Below, one piece after another: positions 49,671 through 60,622 of a DNA stretch of 64,000 nucleotides (position 1 is its first letter; every line of letters begins with the position of its first letter). This stretch comes from Guillardia theta CCMP2712. Its lineage: Eukaryota; Protista; Cryptophyta. The notes below the pieces were generated by a model. That model saw nothing but the letters and a program-made list of their open reading frames with translations, had not been told where the DNA came from and made no database searches. A program made the position numbers and the translations under genes. The stretch is taken from positions 169,816 through 233,815 of the forward strand of contig NW_005434569.1 of the NCBI RefSeq assembly GCF_000315625.1, in the 5' to 3' direction.

Positions 49671-51940
49671 ATGGCAGACGAGCCATGTCCCAAGCGTCAA
49701 TGCGGAGGCTTGTGCGATGCATCCTCCTCTGCCTCAGGTGAGACAATGCCTCCTGTTGAATTTTTGACATTTCCTGTTCAAGATACAAGATCCGGGGGTC
49801 AAGATCATGAGGATTCATCTCAACTTCGCGTCAACAATGTTTTCGATTGTTTGCCGAATGATGTTGGTCGTGTGACGAGGTCTCGTAATCGGGTCTCAGC
49901 TGAGGGTAATGATCCTGTATCTCAAGCTTCTTCATGTGTCGACGACTTTCCGACGCCTTCTAGTTTGAGAGAAAGCGCGCATTTGCTAACAGAAATACAA
50001 CAGGGAGTCGATCTGCTTCGACAGCGGCTGCAACATAATCCACTGGCGACTGCTGCTCGGAGCTCAACTTCGCAAGGGTCTGAGAGATCTATTTCCCGAT
50101 CTGTTGTTGGGGACTCAGCTGCTAATGGTGCAATCTCCCGACCTGTTGGTGGGACTTCAACTAGCAATGGCCCAATCTCCCGACCTGTTGGTGGGACTTC
50201 AACTGCTAATGTCCCAAGCTCCCGACCTGTTTCTGGGACTTCAACCGCTAATGGCCCAAGCTCCCGACCTGTTTCTGGGACTTCAACCGCTAATGGCCCA
50301 AGCTCCCGACCTGTTTCTGGGACTTCAACTACCAATGTCCCAAGCTCCCGATCTGTTTCTGGGACTTCAACTAGCAATATCCCAAGCTCCCGACCTGTTT
50401 CCGAGACTTCAACTGCTAATGACCAAAGTTCCCGACGAGTTGCTAGGACGTCAACTGCTAATATCCCAAGCTCCCGACCTGTTGCTGGGACGTCATCGAT
50501 TGCTCTTCAGAAAAAGTCAGACGAGTTCAGGGGTAGGGATTCAGAGATTTGTGAGCTGAAAAATGAGAATGAGGCGCTGCAAGGAGATCTCAAGAAAAAG
50601 GAGACAGAGCTTGGTCGGCTCAGAGATGAGATCAGAACTCTGCAATTTCATTATGACAGGTTGCAAGAGAAATATGATCAATCCCAGGACAATTTGGACA
50701 AGCTGCAACGTGATTTAGACAACCTGCAACGTGACTATGAAGATTTGGAGGATGAAATGGAAGATGTTCGTGCTGTTAATCTGGATTACCAGGATACGAG
50801 AGCAAATACAGAAAATGTCCTCAAGGAACTTCGCGTGCAGAAAGCCAAGCTTGAGAGGGAAAAGCAAGAGCTTAGGACTGAAAGAGACACTTTGTTCCAA
50901 AACCAGATGCAACAATCCGAGATCCAAATGATCGGCAACAACAAGATCAAAGAGCTTAAAGGGGAGAATGAATCGCTTAAAAGAAAAGTCGAAGAGATCG
51001 AAAATGAAGTAGAGGACAATGAGACATGTGTAATCTGCAAACGCAAGGTGAGCAGCTTGTATCTGGCGGCTGTATGTATCACAAAGTACAAAAGTATCTT
51101 CTGAAATGACATTTCCTCTGATAGGTTGCAAAACATGTCTTCATGACTTGTGGACACGCTGCGACTTGCCTGTAATTATCATCCATGTATTTTGTTCAAC
51201 ATGACCTGTTTGACACTGTATTGCAGTGACGAAGAATGCAACAAAGAGTTTGAACAATGCCCAGTGTGCAGGAGTGAAGTCCAAAAGTTGCAAAGGTATT
51301 CATCATATTCTATGGATTGAACTCCTTGTAAACAAATTTTCAGGGTCTACATTACCGGAAACAGGAATGAAAACTCTGCACTGATCAAAAAACTCACTGC
51401 AGACCTCTTGGCTGCTCAAGGACTCGAACAAGATCTTGCCAGAGCTCAGGAGGATATCAAGCAGAAGGAATTGAAGATCAATGATCTTGAACAAAAACTT
51501 GCCAGTGCTCAAGTGGGTATTCAACAGATTGAAAAGTGTGCACAGAAAGTCATGAGCTCCCCTGGACAAAGATCTGGAGCTGGATCTGGAGCAGGATCTG
51601 GAGTTGGATCTAAAGCTAGAGCTGGAGCTGGAGCTGGAGCAGACTTTCACGTCCAGGATTCTAACTGCATGCTACTTTCACAGTACTTGCAAGAAGCCAA
51701 AACCTCATGGAAGCCAAAAATTGGTGCAAAGCTTCAAAGGTGGTGCAAAATATGCAAATCATCGGGTGCTTCCTACGTTTGTTTGATGTGCTCTCCTTTG
51801 GATTCTGATTCAATCCCAATCTGTTTTTGTCATGGAGGTACAGCATATTATACATGAACCCAAAGATCAAAACTGACGATTTTTTTGTCACAGGCACAAA
51901 GCAGTGTATGCAACAACACATCAAGTCAGATCATCCCTGA
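49671..51940 (+). CDS. Spliced gene: 14-aa Ser/Thr repeats, coiled coil, RING finger and C-terminal Zn domain
   Basis: Removing GT-AG introns 51048-51124, 51172-51226, 51296-51343 and 51838-51893 restores CVICKRK-VAKHVFMTCGHAATCLDEEC...CPVC and joins the 51408 ORF through CKIC..CLMC..C..CMQQH. Confidence 0.8.
50092..50495 (+). repeat. Coding 42-bp tandem repeat (SSRPVSGTSTANGP), ~10 copies
   Basis: Visible in both DNA and translation. Confidence 0.9.
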
Positions 51941-51983
51941 TCATTTTTGCTTTTCGCTTGCATTGAAATAAAAGTATCTTCAA

Positions 51984-52032
51984 TCTCTCTCTCTCTATCT
52001 CTCTCTCTCTCTATCTCTCTCTCTCTCTCTCT
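51984..52032. repeat. (CT)n microsatellite
   Basis: Direct reading. Confidence 0.9.
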
Positions 52033-52495
52033 ATACGTGCATCATTTCCTGATCATTGGCATTGTCTTGATTCTTTTGGCAATACTTCTTTTGATTCATC
52101 ACAAGATCAAGCACTCTATATTAGGCGAGGATTACATCCCCGACCCCCATAGGCAGTGGTTCCAACCGGAAGATGTATGCAATACACACTGCGCACATGA
52201 GAAATGGGTAGTTTTGTTTATCGTCGTCGGATGCTGTTTGATTGTATTGGAAACTACCCAACTCTACTAGAAATCCGAGTCTTCTCAAATTTTGCGACAA
52301 ATCGCACAACCAGGAAACTGTCAAAGTAACACAAAATGTGAGAAGGCATCACATGGACTAAGGCAGCAATGAATCACCTTGTTTTTGCATACATCACAGA
52401 TGTGATACCTGTGATCACATCGCCCATTGTCATCGACACAAGGCTGATTCATCTGAAAAGTAAAATTAGAGAGATCAACAGATAAGTCAGATATG

Positions 52496-53929
52496 TCAAA
52501 GACTCGCCTTCAGACAATAATGACATGCTTTGTCATACATGAGAAAACGTTGGAGCTCAAGTCGAAGATGAATCAATGCATTGTTCAAAATGGTGCTTCT
52601 TTCGCGTTCCAGTCGGGATGTCTGTTCGCATTCAACCTGGTATTTGACGAGCTTTTCATTCTCCATAGCTGCATTGACCCTGAAATCACGGAACTCACCC
52701 CTTGTCTGCATGAACTTGTCTTTCCACTTTGCAATCTCCTGCTGTGACTTGGCTCTCTCAGACAAAAGGCTTTTTTCAACAGCTTCGATGTCACGCTGGG
52801 ACTGTTCAAGTGCCTTTCTAAGCTGCTGGGTCTCTTTAGCACTCTGCATTGCCTCAATCTTGGCGTTTTGGACTTGCAACTGTAAGCGTTTGACAGAATC
52901 CTCTTCCTGTAAAAGTTTCCTCCGTATTTGTTCGAGTTGGGTCTCGTGAACATGCTGCTGGATGCTTGCAAGGGGTTCGAAATGCTGTATCCCTGTCATC
53001 CCTGTCTCTCTACCACTCCTACCCCACTGTCTAGCTGCAGTCATAGAATAAAAGCCTCCAAGCTCTGGGTCATCAGTAGGCATCGAGAGTGCATCCTTGC
53101 GAAGGAGCTTTGGACGCTTCAATACAGCATCCAATGTCGGCGAAGAACAAGTGGTGGGATTACGATTCAAAGCCAAAGCCGTAGTAGCACGATTGAAGAA
53201 ACGCTCTCCAAGCTTGAATTGGGCAGTATCAATGTCGTAACCTCGCTTGAAATACCGAATCTCCTTCCTGTTATCAATGCTTTTGAAGACAAGTGAATAG
53301 CTCTCAACAATCCAATCCAATAGCCTCTTCAATTGATCACTACAAACAAAGCTCATGGCTCGGGGATTGAACCAATAGTCACCACCTTCACATGTGCCGT
53401 CAACAACAATCTGCAGTTTCTTCAATTGATCGTCAGGCGTCAAAATGAGATCCGAAGAAACAAGTTTTCGCTTCCGGTTTCTATCGACAAGACAAATACC
53501 ACTTGATGTCAAAAGAGAATCATGCACATCCAGGACAAAATCCAAAACTCGGTCCTTGCATCTCACAACATTGTCAGAAGGGATTCGCAGGGTCTGCATC
53601 CTCACAACATCCTTGATTCTCCCATTCTGCACAAGCTCAGCATCCACATTGATGTCCAAGAAAGAAGATGATAGAAGACTCGTTATAGAAACAACAGCAG
53701 TGCCCTCATATTTCAATCTCGTATCGTTGATCTCAAACTTCTTCGAACCATTGCCGTGCTTCCCTCTCATCGAGCTCAATGGAATGTCGTCATTCAAAAC
53801 TTCTTTGGGGTCAAAAACAATCAAAGGAACACTCAAGCCTGAATCATAAGAATCATTACTATGATCCTCGTTGCAAATGTTCTCATCGTCCGAGTCAACA
53901 ATGACAATAACCTCAGAATCCTTCGACAT
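52496..53929 (-). CDS. Hypothetical protein with a long C-terminal coiled coil ending in CxxC (possibly a spliced Zn finger)
   Basis: ~477-aa ORF from MSKDSE; ends ACHYC. Confidence 0.7.
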   Translation of the reverse strand: MSKDSEVIVIVDSDDENICNEDHSNDSYDSGLSVPLIVFDPKEVLNDDIPLSSMRGKHGNGSKKFEINDTRLKYEGTAVVSITSLLSSSFLDINVDAELVQNGRIKDVVRMQTLRIPSDNVVRCKDRVLDFVLDVHDSLLTSSGICLVDRNRKRKLVSSDLILTPDDQLKKLQIVVDGTCEGGDYWFNPRAMSFVCSDQLKRLLDWIVESYSLVFKSIDNRKEIRYFKRGYDIDTAQFKLGERFFNRATTALALNRNPTTCSSPTLDAVLKRPKLLRKDALSMPTDDPELGGFYSMTAARQWGRSGRETGMTGIQHFEPLASIQQHVHETQLEQIRRKLLQEEDSVKRLQLQVQNAKIEAMQSAKETQQLRKALEQSQRDIEAVEKSLLSERAKSQQEIAKWKDKFMQTRGEFRDFRVNAAMENEKLVKYQVECEQTSRLERERSTILNNALIHLRLELQRFLMYDKACHYCLKASL

Positions 53930-54383
53930 GGCCAGCAAATACGAAAAATCTATAGAATGGTCGAAAATTTCTCTGAAAAAAACACTTCAAACTAGTCAGA
54001 AACAACAAAAAACATTCATCGCGATCATAACCTTTCCCTATGCGCGTCGAAAATCAGCTGCAGCTATCACTCCCGCGGCTCCCCCTCCTTCCCCTGCCAC
54101 AAATGCGATCGCATCGTCCTAGCTCGGGATATCACCCCACCCACCCATGCACACTCATATTACTACCCCCACCCCCTAATCGCAGCCTAACCCACAACAC
54201 CCCTGTAGTGTGTCTCCAGCTACTACCCTACCCTACACCGAGATATATGACCCCACCCACTCATGCACTCTCATATTACTACCCCCACCCCCTAATCCCC
54301 ACTCTAACACACCACTCTTACTACTCTCCAGTTACCACCCTACCCCCACATCACAGAACAGACCGCAATCCACCAGAGCCGGT

Positions 54384-54479
54384 CGGTACCGTGCCGGGCC
54401 CGGACTTCTCAGTACCACCCGGTCACTCGGAGGGTAGGGTACCGGGCCCGGACATCTCAGTACCACCCGGTCACTCGGA
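54384..54479 (-). repeat. Two inverted copies of the 49050-49466 repeat unit
   Basis: CCGGGCCCGGACATCTCAGTACCACCCGGTCACTCGGA is the reverse complement of the unit. Confidence 0.93.
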
Positions 54480-54803
54480 TCATTTGCCTCTAAAACTGAA
54501 GGTCAAAGTACTAAATATCAGTCAATTTTTAGGTTCTTTCTACCCTGCTTTCAAGCTATCTTGCATCCTTTCATGACAGCATTTCTCCTAAAACGGACAT
54601 TGGATTCAAACCAGCACCAAGGTCAAGGTCAAGGTTAGGTCAACCCATAAAGCCCCCTATTGAAGACTGCGATCTCGCCATACCGATTTGAATCGATTTG
54701 GTAATATTAAGATTCTTGGGGGATTAGAACAAACGCCTAAAGTCCCCGGACCCGGGAAAGGGGTCAAGGTTGGAGTAGAGAGATCTATTTTTGAAAAGCA
54801 AGA

Positions 54804-55661
54804 ATGAATTCTAATCATCTATGTATGGCTTTGCTTATGTGCGGTTTGATAGCTTTGTTATCCAGATTGGAATCTCTTCCACAGCATGATGCGCGCTTGT
54901 TGACAAATTTTCGATTCCCAAAGTTTTCGAACATATCTACCTCCATTGCAAACCCATGCTTCCACGAAAATGATGTTTTCAATTTCTCTACCATGAGTGT
55001 TGAGGGAATTCGGAAAATCTATGTTATTCACTGGAGTAAACTTGCGAATCGCAGGAAGTCTATGAGAGATCGTTTAAGTACAGTTTTGCCAGCGGGATGG
55101 GAGCAAAAAAATTTTGTTGCCTTCATTACGCAGTATGACAGCGATAGGGTTACTCATCAAGACGTTCTCTGTCATGCAGGCTCATATGCTAACCAACAAA
55201 AGAAGGGACAGTTTTCTGTAACAATGAAACACCATGTGGCATATTATGATGTATGCTTTCATCAATATGGTATCGTGCTAATCGTTGAAGATGATGTCCA
55301 GTTTGCCCCAGATTTTGTGCAAAAAGTGTCTTTTGTACTGAAGGCATTGCCTGCTGAATGGTCGAACTGTTTTGTTTCGGCCTGTATGCCTGTACATTGC
55401 ACGAAGTTGGCATGTTTACAGCACAGGGGCTCTGGGTCTAACTGTGCATATGGATATTTGATGTCATTGACGGGTAGCAGATTAATGCTGCATCATATGC
55501 CAATTTTTACCACACCTGATTTCCAGATGAATCACGTATCCAACATGACCAGCCTTTTTCATAGCTATAATTCGGTTTTTCATCGTTTGATTGTCGAGCA
55601 GCCGGACGGAACAGATGGTATATGGAAACGAGATGGACAAGAGCTTCACATTCTTTCTTAA
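54804..55661 (+). CDS. Glycosyltransferase family 25-like, with signal anchor
   Basis: KIYVIHW...RRKSM, H..AY, LIVEDDVQF, YLMS..G...L. Confidence 0.8.
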   Translation: MNSNHLCMALLMCGLIALLSRLESLPQHDARLLTNFRFPKFSNISTSIANPCFHENDVFNFSTMSVEGIRKIYVIHWSKLANRRKSMRDRLSTVLPAGWEQKNFVAFITQYDSDRVTHQDVLCHAGSYANQQKKGQFSVTMKHHVAYYDVCFHQYGIVLIVEDDVQFAPDFVQKVSFVLKALPAEWSNCFVSACMPVHCTKLACLQHRGSGSNCAYGYLMSLTGSRLMLHHMPIFTTPDFQMNHVSNMTSLFHSYNSVFHRLIVEQPDGTDGIWKRDGQELHILS

Positions 55662-55703
55662 AAATTGTTTTTTTAAGCAAGTAATTTTCGTGATGTTTGA
55701 AAG

Positions 55704-56077
55704 GGGTATGAATGAAATGAGAAAAGTGTTTGGGGGCTCAGGACGAGGGAATTTTGGGGCCAGGACGAGGGAGTCAAGGGGAGGGATTTTCAGGACAGAG
55801 TCGTCCGTTGATTTGTCTTTGCGAGCAAGTTTACTTAAGTACGCCAAAGCCTGAGAGACTGTGCCCGATCTGAGTGTCTGAAATCTGCACTGGATCAGGG
55901 TATGAATGAAATGAGAAAAGTGTTTGGGGGCTCAGGACGAGGGAATTTTGGGGTCAGGACGAGGGAGTCAAGGGGAGGGATTTTTTTCAGGACAGAGTCG
56001 TCCGTTGATTTGTCTTTGCGAGCAAGTTTACTTAAGTACGCCAAAGCCTGAGAGACTGTGCCCGATCTGAGTGTCTG
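55704..56077. repeat. Tandem duplication of ~177 bp (55704-55880 and 55898-56077)
   Basis: Near-identical copies running GGGTATGAATGAAATGAG...CTGAGTGTCTG. Confidence 0.93.
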
Positions 56078-56889
56078 GGGGCACTTTGTCCCACACTCTT
56101 TATTATTCCTCGCAAGATAATCGTGGGAAGCCACAGTCTGGGCCGATCGATGCCCATGTTCCAGCCTCTTAAGGACATGTTGTGGAATATCTCCGCAAGG
56201 CACTTGGAATAGTGGTTTCGTCGGTTTCGCCATGGTTTCTGCGGCTTCAGGGTCTAGCTGACAATTGCGATTTGTACCAGATCAAGGCGTTTTCCAGTAC
56301 AAAATTGTGTGAGTAAAAAATACAAGAATTTGAAGGTTTGAAATTCCATTTCCACGCTTCTGTGTGCCATGTCCTTTCCCATCCCGCTGGAATTTCAAAC
56401 TCTGAAACCACGATAATGAGTTGACAAGTACTGTATTTCTCAGTTTGAATGTGAGAGGACAGATGATTCATGGAATGCAACTAATTGTTTAACTTTATGG
56501 ATACGAATAGTATGGCATAGGCAAATGACTGTCATTTTACTTCTCAATGATACATCGATCCACACGATCACATCTGTCTGATGCACTCCTCTTGCTGAAT
56601 AGTAAGAAAAAATGGCTGAACTATGCACCGATGGATTGAATTTCACATGTAATCATACCTGGCAACAAGTCACTGTATCGCTCTTTGAAATGGGACTCAC
56701 CAACAAGATGTCATCTTCGATGATGCACACCTTCATGGTGACTGTGGTCTAGAACTGCTTCAAAGTTGACATGGGAATATGTAGCGGCCTAGGTGATGTT
56801 TTCAAGGTACTTCAATAAAACAAGCCAAGTTGCCGCAACAACGACATCATCATGTTGAATCGCAGTCTGCAAGTTGCACGCGCGGGGCC

Positions 56890-57085
56890 CGCAGCTCTCG
56901 ATTGAGCCTAAGTCTTTGTAGGTTCCGACAGGACAGGGAGAGCAGGCCTGCCCATTCCTGCCGAAGTGACCGTGGGTGCAGCGGCATCCTGTGATATTCC
57001 CTGTATGATTATCACTGGTTGTGTTATCGGGACACTTCTGGCAGTCGCTCACTGCTACAGCTGTCAGATCCTCCGAGTACGTTCT
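56890..57085 (-). pseudogene. Fragment of a Cys-rich GCC2/GCC3 (ephrin-receptor-like) repeat gene
   Basis: CQKCPDNTTS...ITGCRC..G.FG.NG.ACSPCPVGTYK; cut off upstream by the hairpin repeat at 57086. Confidence 0.7.
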
Positions 57086-57516
57086 CGGGCCCTGCGGGCC
57101 CGCCTCAGTATATATATGAGTCGGATGACACAAGAAGGTATCAGATCAGTCTAGATGGTGCCAGGAAATTCATTTTATCTCTAGGATTAAATTCATCTTT
57201 AGGTTGCTCCCATATTTTTACATTGTACTTTTTCTGAATGTATTCCTTATCTTGGTCGTTATTGTAGATATCTTTCATATCTCTAATAAAGTATTCCAGG
57301 TCATATTCAAAATTATTTCCGTTACGCTTATAAGTTTCAGGAGTTTTGTTGTCGAATAAAACTAATGCAATCCAGAGCATGACATTGGCAACGTGTTTCA
57401 ACAATACCATTTTCGACGTAATCTCAGATCGAATTGTAAGGTATTCTGTCTCTTTGGGATCGTCTTCCTTTTCGCTCAACTCTGCAATCTCATTTTTCAA
57501 GGTATAGAAATCCCTT

Positions 57517-58137
57517 TCAACATAGCTCAATTTTTTCGTCATTTAGAAGGTTGCCTTTCTTTACATAAGATTCCAATTTATCTTTGAGCGTTGCACTCTC
57601 TTGGTCGCGTATTGAGGTTTCGATCGTGTTCGGCAGTACTTTCAAATTCTTTAACATCCTGATAGAACCCCGATTTTTCCACGGTTCTCCCGCGGCCGCC
57701 CCCTCCCCTGGCGCACCAATCTCAGGGATGAATGCATCTCGGTTCTCTGCCATGCCATCCCCGTCCTCTGCCAAACCATCCCCGGTCCCCTCCTCGAAAT
57801 AATTATTGAACTCATACTGGATGTCCTCGTCATAGTATGCCTCGTCCCACAGCCCGTCGTCCTGGATCCCCGCGGCGCGGAGGACGCTGGGGGGGAAGCG
57901 GAGGACGCCGTCGTCGCGGTCTGCGAGCTCGCCCCACTCGGCGAGCTGCTCGAGGGACTCGTGGAGGAGGTCCATGGTCTCCTGCTCGATCTCTCCTTTG
58001 GACGGTGTCGGCGTTTCATCGGAATGGCAGTCGTTGTTGGGAATAGAAGCCGAGTGGAACACCACCTGGACTCCATCGTAATCGATGGCTTCTTCGGGGT
58101 GAGATCCAGACGGCAGGTGGTTTACTGCGCCGTGCAT
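57517..58137 (-). CDS. Acidic hypothetical protein; GC-rich 5' part fused to AT-rich sequence
   Basis: ATG ~25 nt after TATAAAAGAG; composition changes near 57690. Confidence 0.5.
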   Translation of the reverse strand: MHGAVNHLPSGSHPEEAIDYDGVQVVFHSASIPNNDCHSDETPTPSKGEIEQETMDLLHESLEQLAEWGELADRDDGVLRFPPSVLRAAGIQDDGLWDEAYYDEDIQYEFNNYFEEGTGDGLAEDGDGMAENRDAFIPEIGAPGEGAAAGEPWKNRGSIRMLKNLKVLPNTIETSIRDQESATLKDKLESYVKKGNLLNDEKIELC

Positions 58138-58350
58138 CCTGCCCCTCCAGGCATCGCGGGCTCTTTTATACGGGGGAACCGTGCGGATAACCGTGTATTT
58201 AAGTTCGTGTGGCGGAGGGACAGATACGCTGGTCTGGAGGCAAGCTCGGAGGAGGAATGGAAACCCCCTGTCAAGATGTCCAGGGCGAGCGCGAGGAAGT
58301 AGATGCGCGTCCCGTGTGTGTGTTTGGTATTAAATTACGTAATTTACTCG

Positions 58351-58826
58351 TTAGGTACCGCTCATTGAGCCTACTTCTCCGAGATGCTTTCCATGAGCCA
58401 CGCGACCTCCGGAGTCCTGGTCGGTCCTTTCGGTGTAGGAGAGGAATAGGTAATCATCGTCTGTGTTGTACTTGCGGATGTAGTGGAAAAATTTGTCAGA
58501 ATCCCAGTCATAGTAGACGTCGGCCACAAAGGTGAACCCGTGCTTGTTGAACACGGGTGCATGTCGGTAGTGGGTCTGGCGAACATAGTACGGGTACCAA
58601 TGCACCGCCTGGACCGCCATGCTGTGAAGACACTCGATTGCTTCTTCAGAGGGGACGAAGACCTTGTCCGCGGCCTTCGCCTTCTCGAGCGCGACTTCGA
58701 GCTTCTTGATGGTCGAGGAGATGCTGATCTTCTTCTCTTTGGTGGTTGTGGCATCGAGTTTTTCTTTCAACTCGGCGATCTTCGAGAGTGCGAAGGTCTC
58801 GAACCTCTCGTTGCAGAGGGTGATGG
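58351..58826 (-). pseudogene. 5'-truncated fragment of a hypothetical gene
   Basis: Codon-biased frame that begins directly at the repeat junction. Confidence 0.45.
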
Positions 58827-60622
58827 TGTAAGGCGGGCCCTGCGGGCCCGCCTCAGTATATATATGAGTCGGATGACACAAGGAGGTATCAGATCAGTCT
58901 AGATGGAGGCCAATGAGCCTCTCCATGACCTCAGATGGAATGTGGGAGGGGATCTGGGGGTATGTTTGCGGTGGGGCTCCCGACGTTATGAGTGTTTTGT
59001 AAGGCGGGCCCCGCGGGCCCGCCTCAGTATATGGAGTCCAATGAGCCTCTCCATGACCTCAGATGGAAGGTGGGAGGGGATCTGGGGGTATGTTTGCAGT
59101 GGGGCTCCCGACGTTATGAGGTTGTTGCGTCTGTATTCTATTATACTGAATTTATTTGTGCCACGAAAAATGAAGGATTTATATCGTCTACTTGTTCGAA
59201 TCAATAGAATGAAACGCTTTTTCAGTGAAATACAATCACCATATACTGTCACAAGTGATATGTTGAAGCTTCATGCTAAAAACCTCAAGCATGCAAGTCC
59301 ATCTTTGAAAGATGATAGTGTTGTCAAAGTGAAAACCTGAAAAAGTTACAATGTGATAAAGATACAATTCAATTTGTGTCTGACAATTTGAAAGATGATT
59401 CTGATGTTGTCATATAAACTGATGTCCCTTTGCAAGTAAAGTATCGTTGCTGTGTGGTACGCCTCTCCCAAATCATCTCATCCTCTAGCTCTCAAATTCT
59501 ACTCCACAGAGATGTATTTAAATGTCGATAGGATGAACCTTGTAAGCAAGATGCCTTTCATCCAGAGTATCTTTGACTCAGAACAGATCAAACACCAAGA
59601 CCCTGCTTTGCCAGAGGGCCCCCGCGTAAGTCAGAGGGTGGGGGACGCGGATACACAACTGTCCCGCAATGTGCGCCGTCGGACGGAGTCTGAGGCGGAG
59701 TTCATCCACGGCCTGGATTGTAACTGTCGAGTGAATATGGAACATTTCTGGTTACAGGGCCACCATCACTGTTACCAACCGGTAGCAGCTCCGCAACAAG
59801 ATGAACCTCCTGACGGAGTCTAACGACACATGCGGGATATCTGTGCTCCATGTTAACGGCATGCGTTTGAGTTGGCCGCGTATTACAAGATCCTGGGGAT
59901 GAAGCGATCAGCGGGTGAAGCAGGACTTCAGAGAGCAGTGGTCGGATGGAGGCGATATACGCTGCACGAGCCAAGGCTGTGTCGTTGGCCCATCCTGGCG
60001 TCTTTCTTGACGCCCCGAACTTCCCTTACCTCAGAGAACATGCCAAGCAGGAGCTGGACCCCGCCAAATACGATGAAAAATACATACGATGAAAAATACA
60101 TAACTTGCACGGTTTCTGACTTAGCGCAAGTACGAGGAGGGTGACAAAATCCAAACTTGGCTGGGAGAGGTCGGAAACAAGCCTAGATAAAGGGCCTGAC
60201 ATGGGAATGGTCGCGTGAGCAACTTCATATCACCCTGAGGCGGGCCTGATTGCATAGACCTGCTGTGTTTCCGGACCAACCACTTCCACCAGTAAAGTCA
60301 ACATTCGCTCCACCAGTTGTATCCACATGTCCTGCGATTATCTTTTACCAACCTCCATGAAGGTAAAGCAAATTCAGCACCATATGTCCAGCCATGTTCA
60401 GCACCCAGTCCCACGAGCATTTCACGTGCGGCGGTCGAAAAATCTCTGTTGTTTGTACTCTTCAGGTAACAAAGTACATATGTGGAATACAAAAGCATCA
60501 CTAGTCCCTTGGATACACGAGAATTTAATGCGAATTGTGCTACCTTCACTTCCGCGTTTTACGTGAGTGAAGATAACTTTGTCAGTTACAGTTACATTCA
60601 TCAGTGAGTGAAGATAACTTTG

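Larger units (their letters stand above)
57086..59120. repeat. Dispersed GC-hairpin repeat (57086-57158, 58827-58906, 58998-59032) and ~90-bp duplication (58903-58992, 59031-59120)
   Basis: CGGGCCCTGCGGGCCCGCCTCAGTATAT occurs three times, and the flanking sequence is duplicated. Confidence 0.88.
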
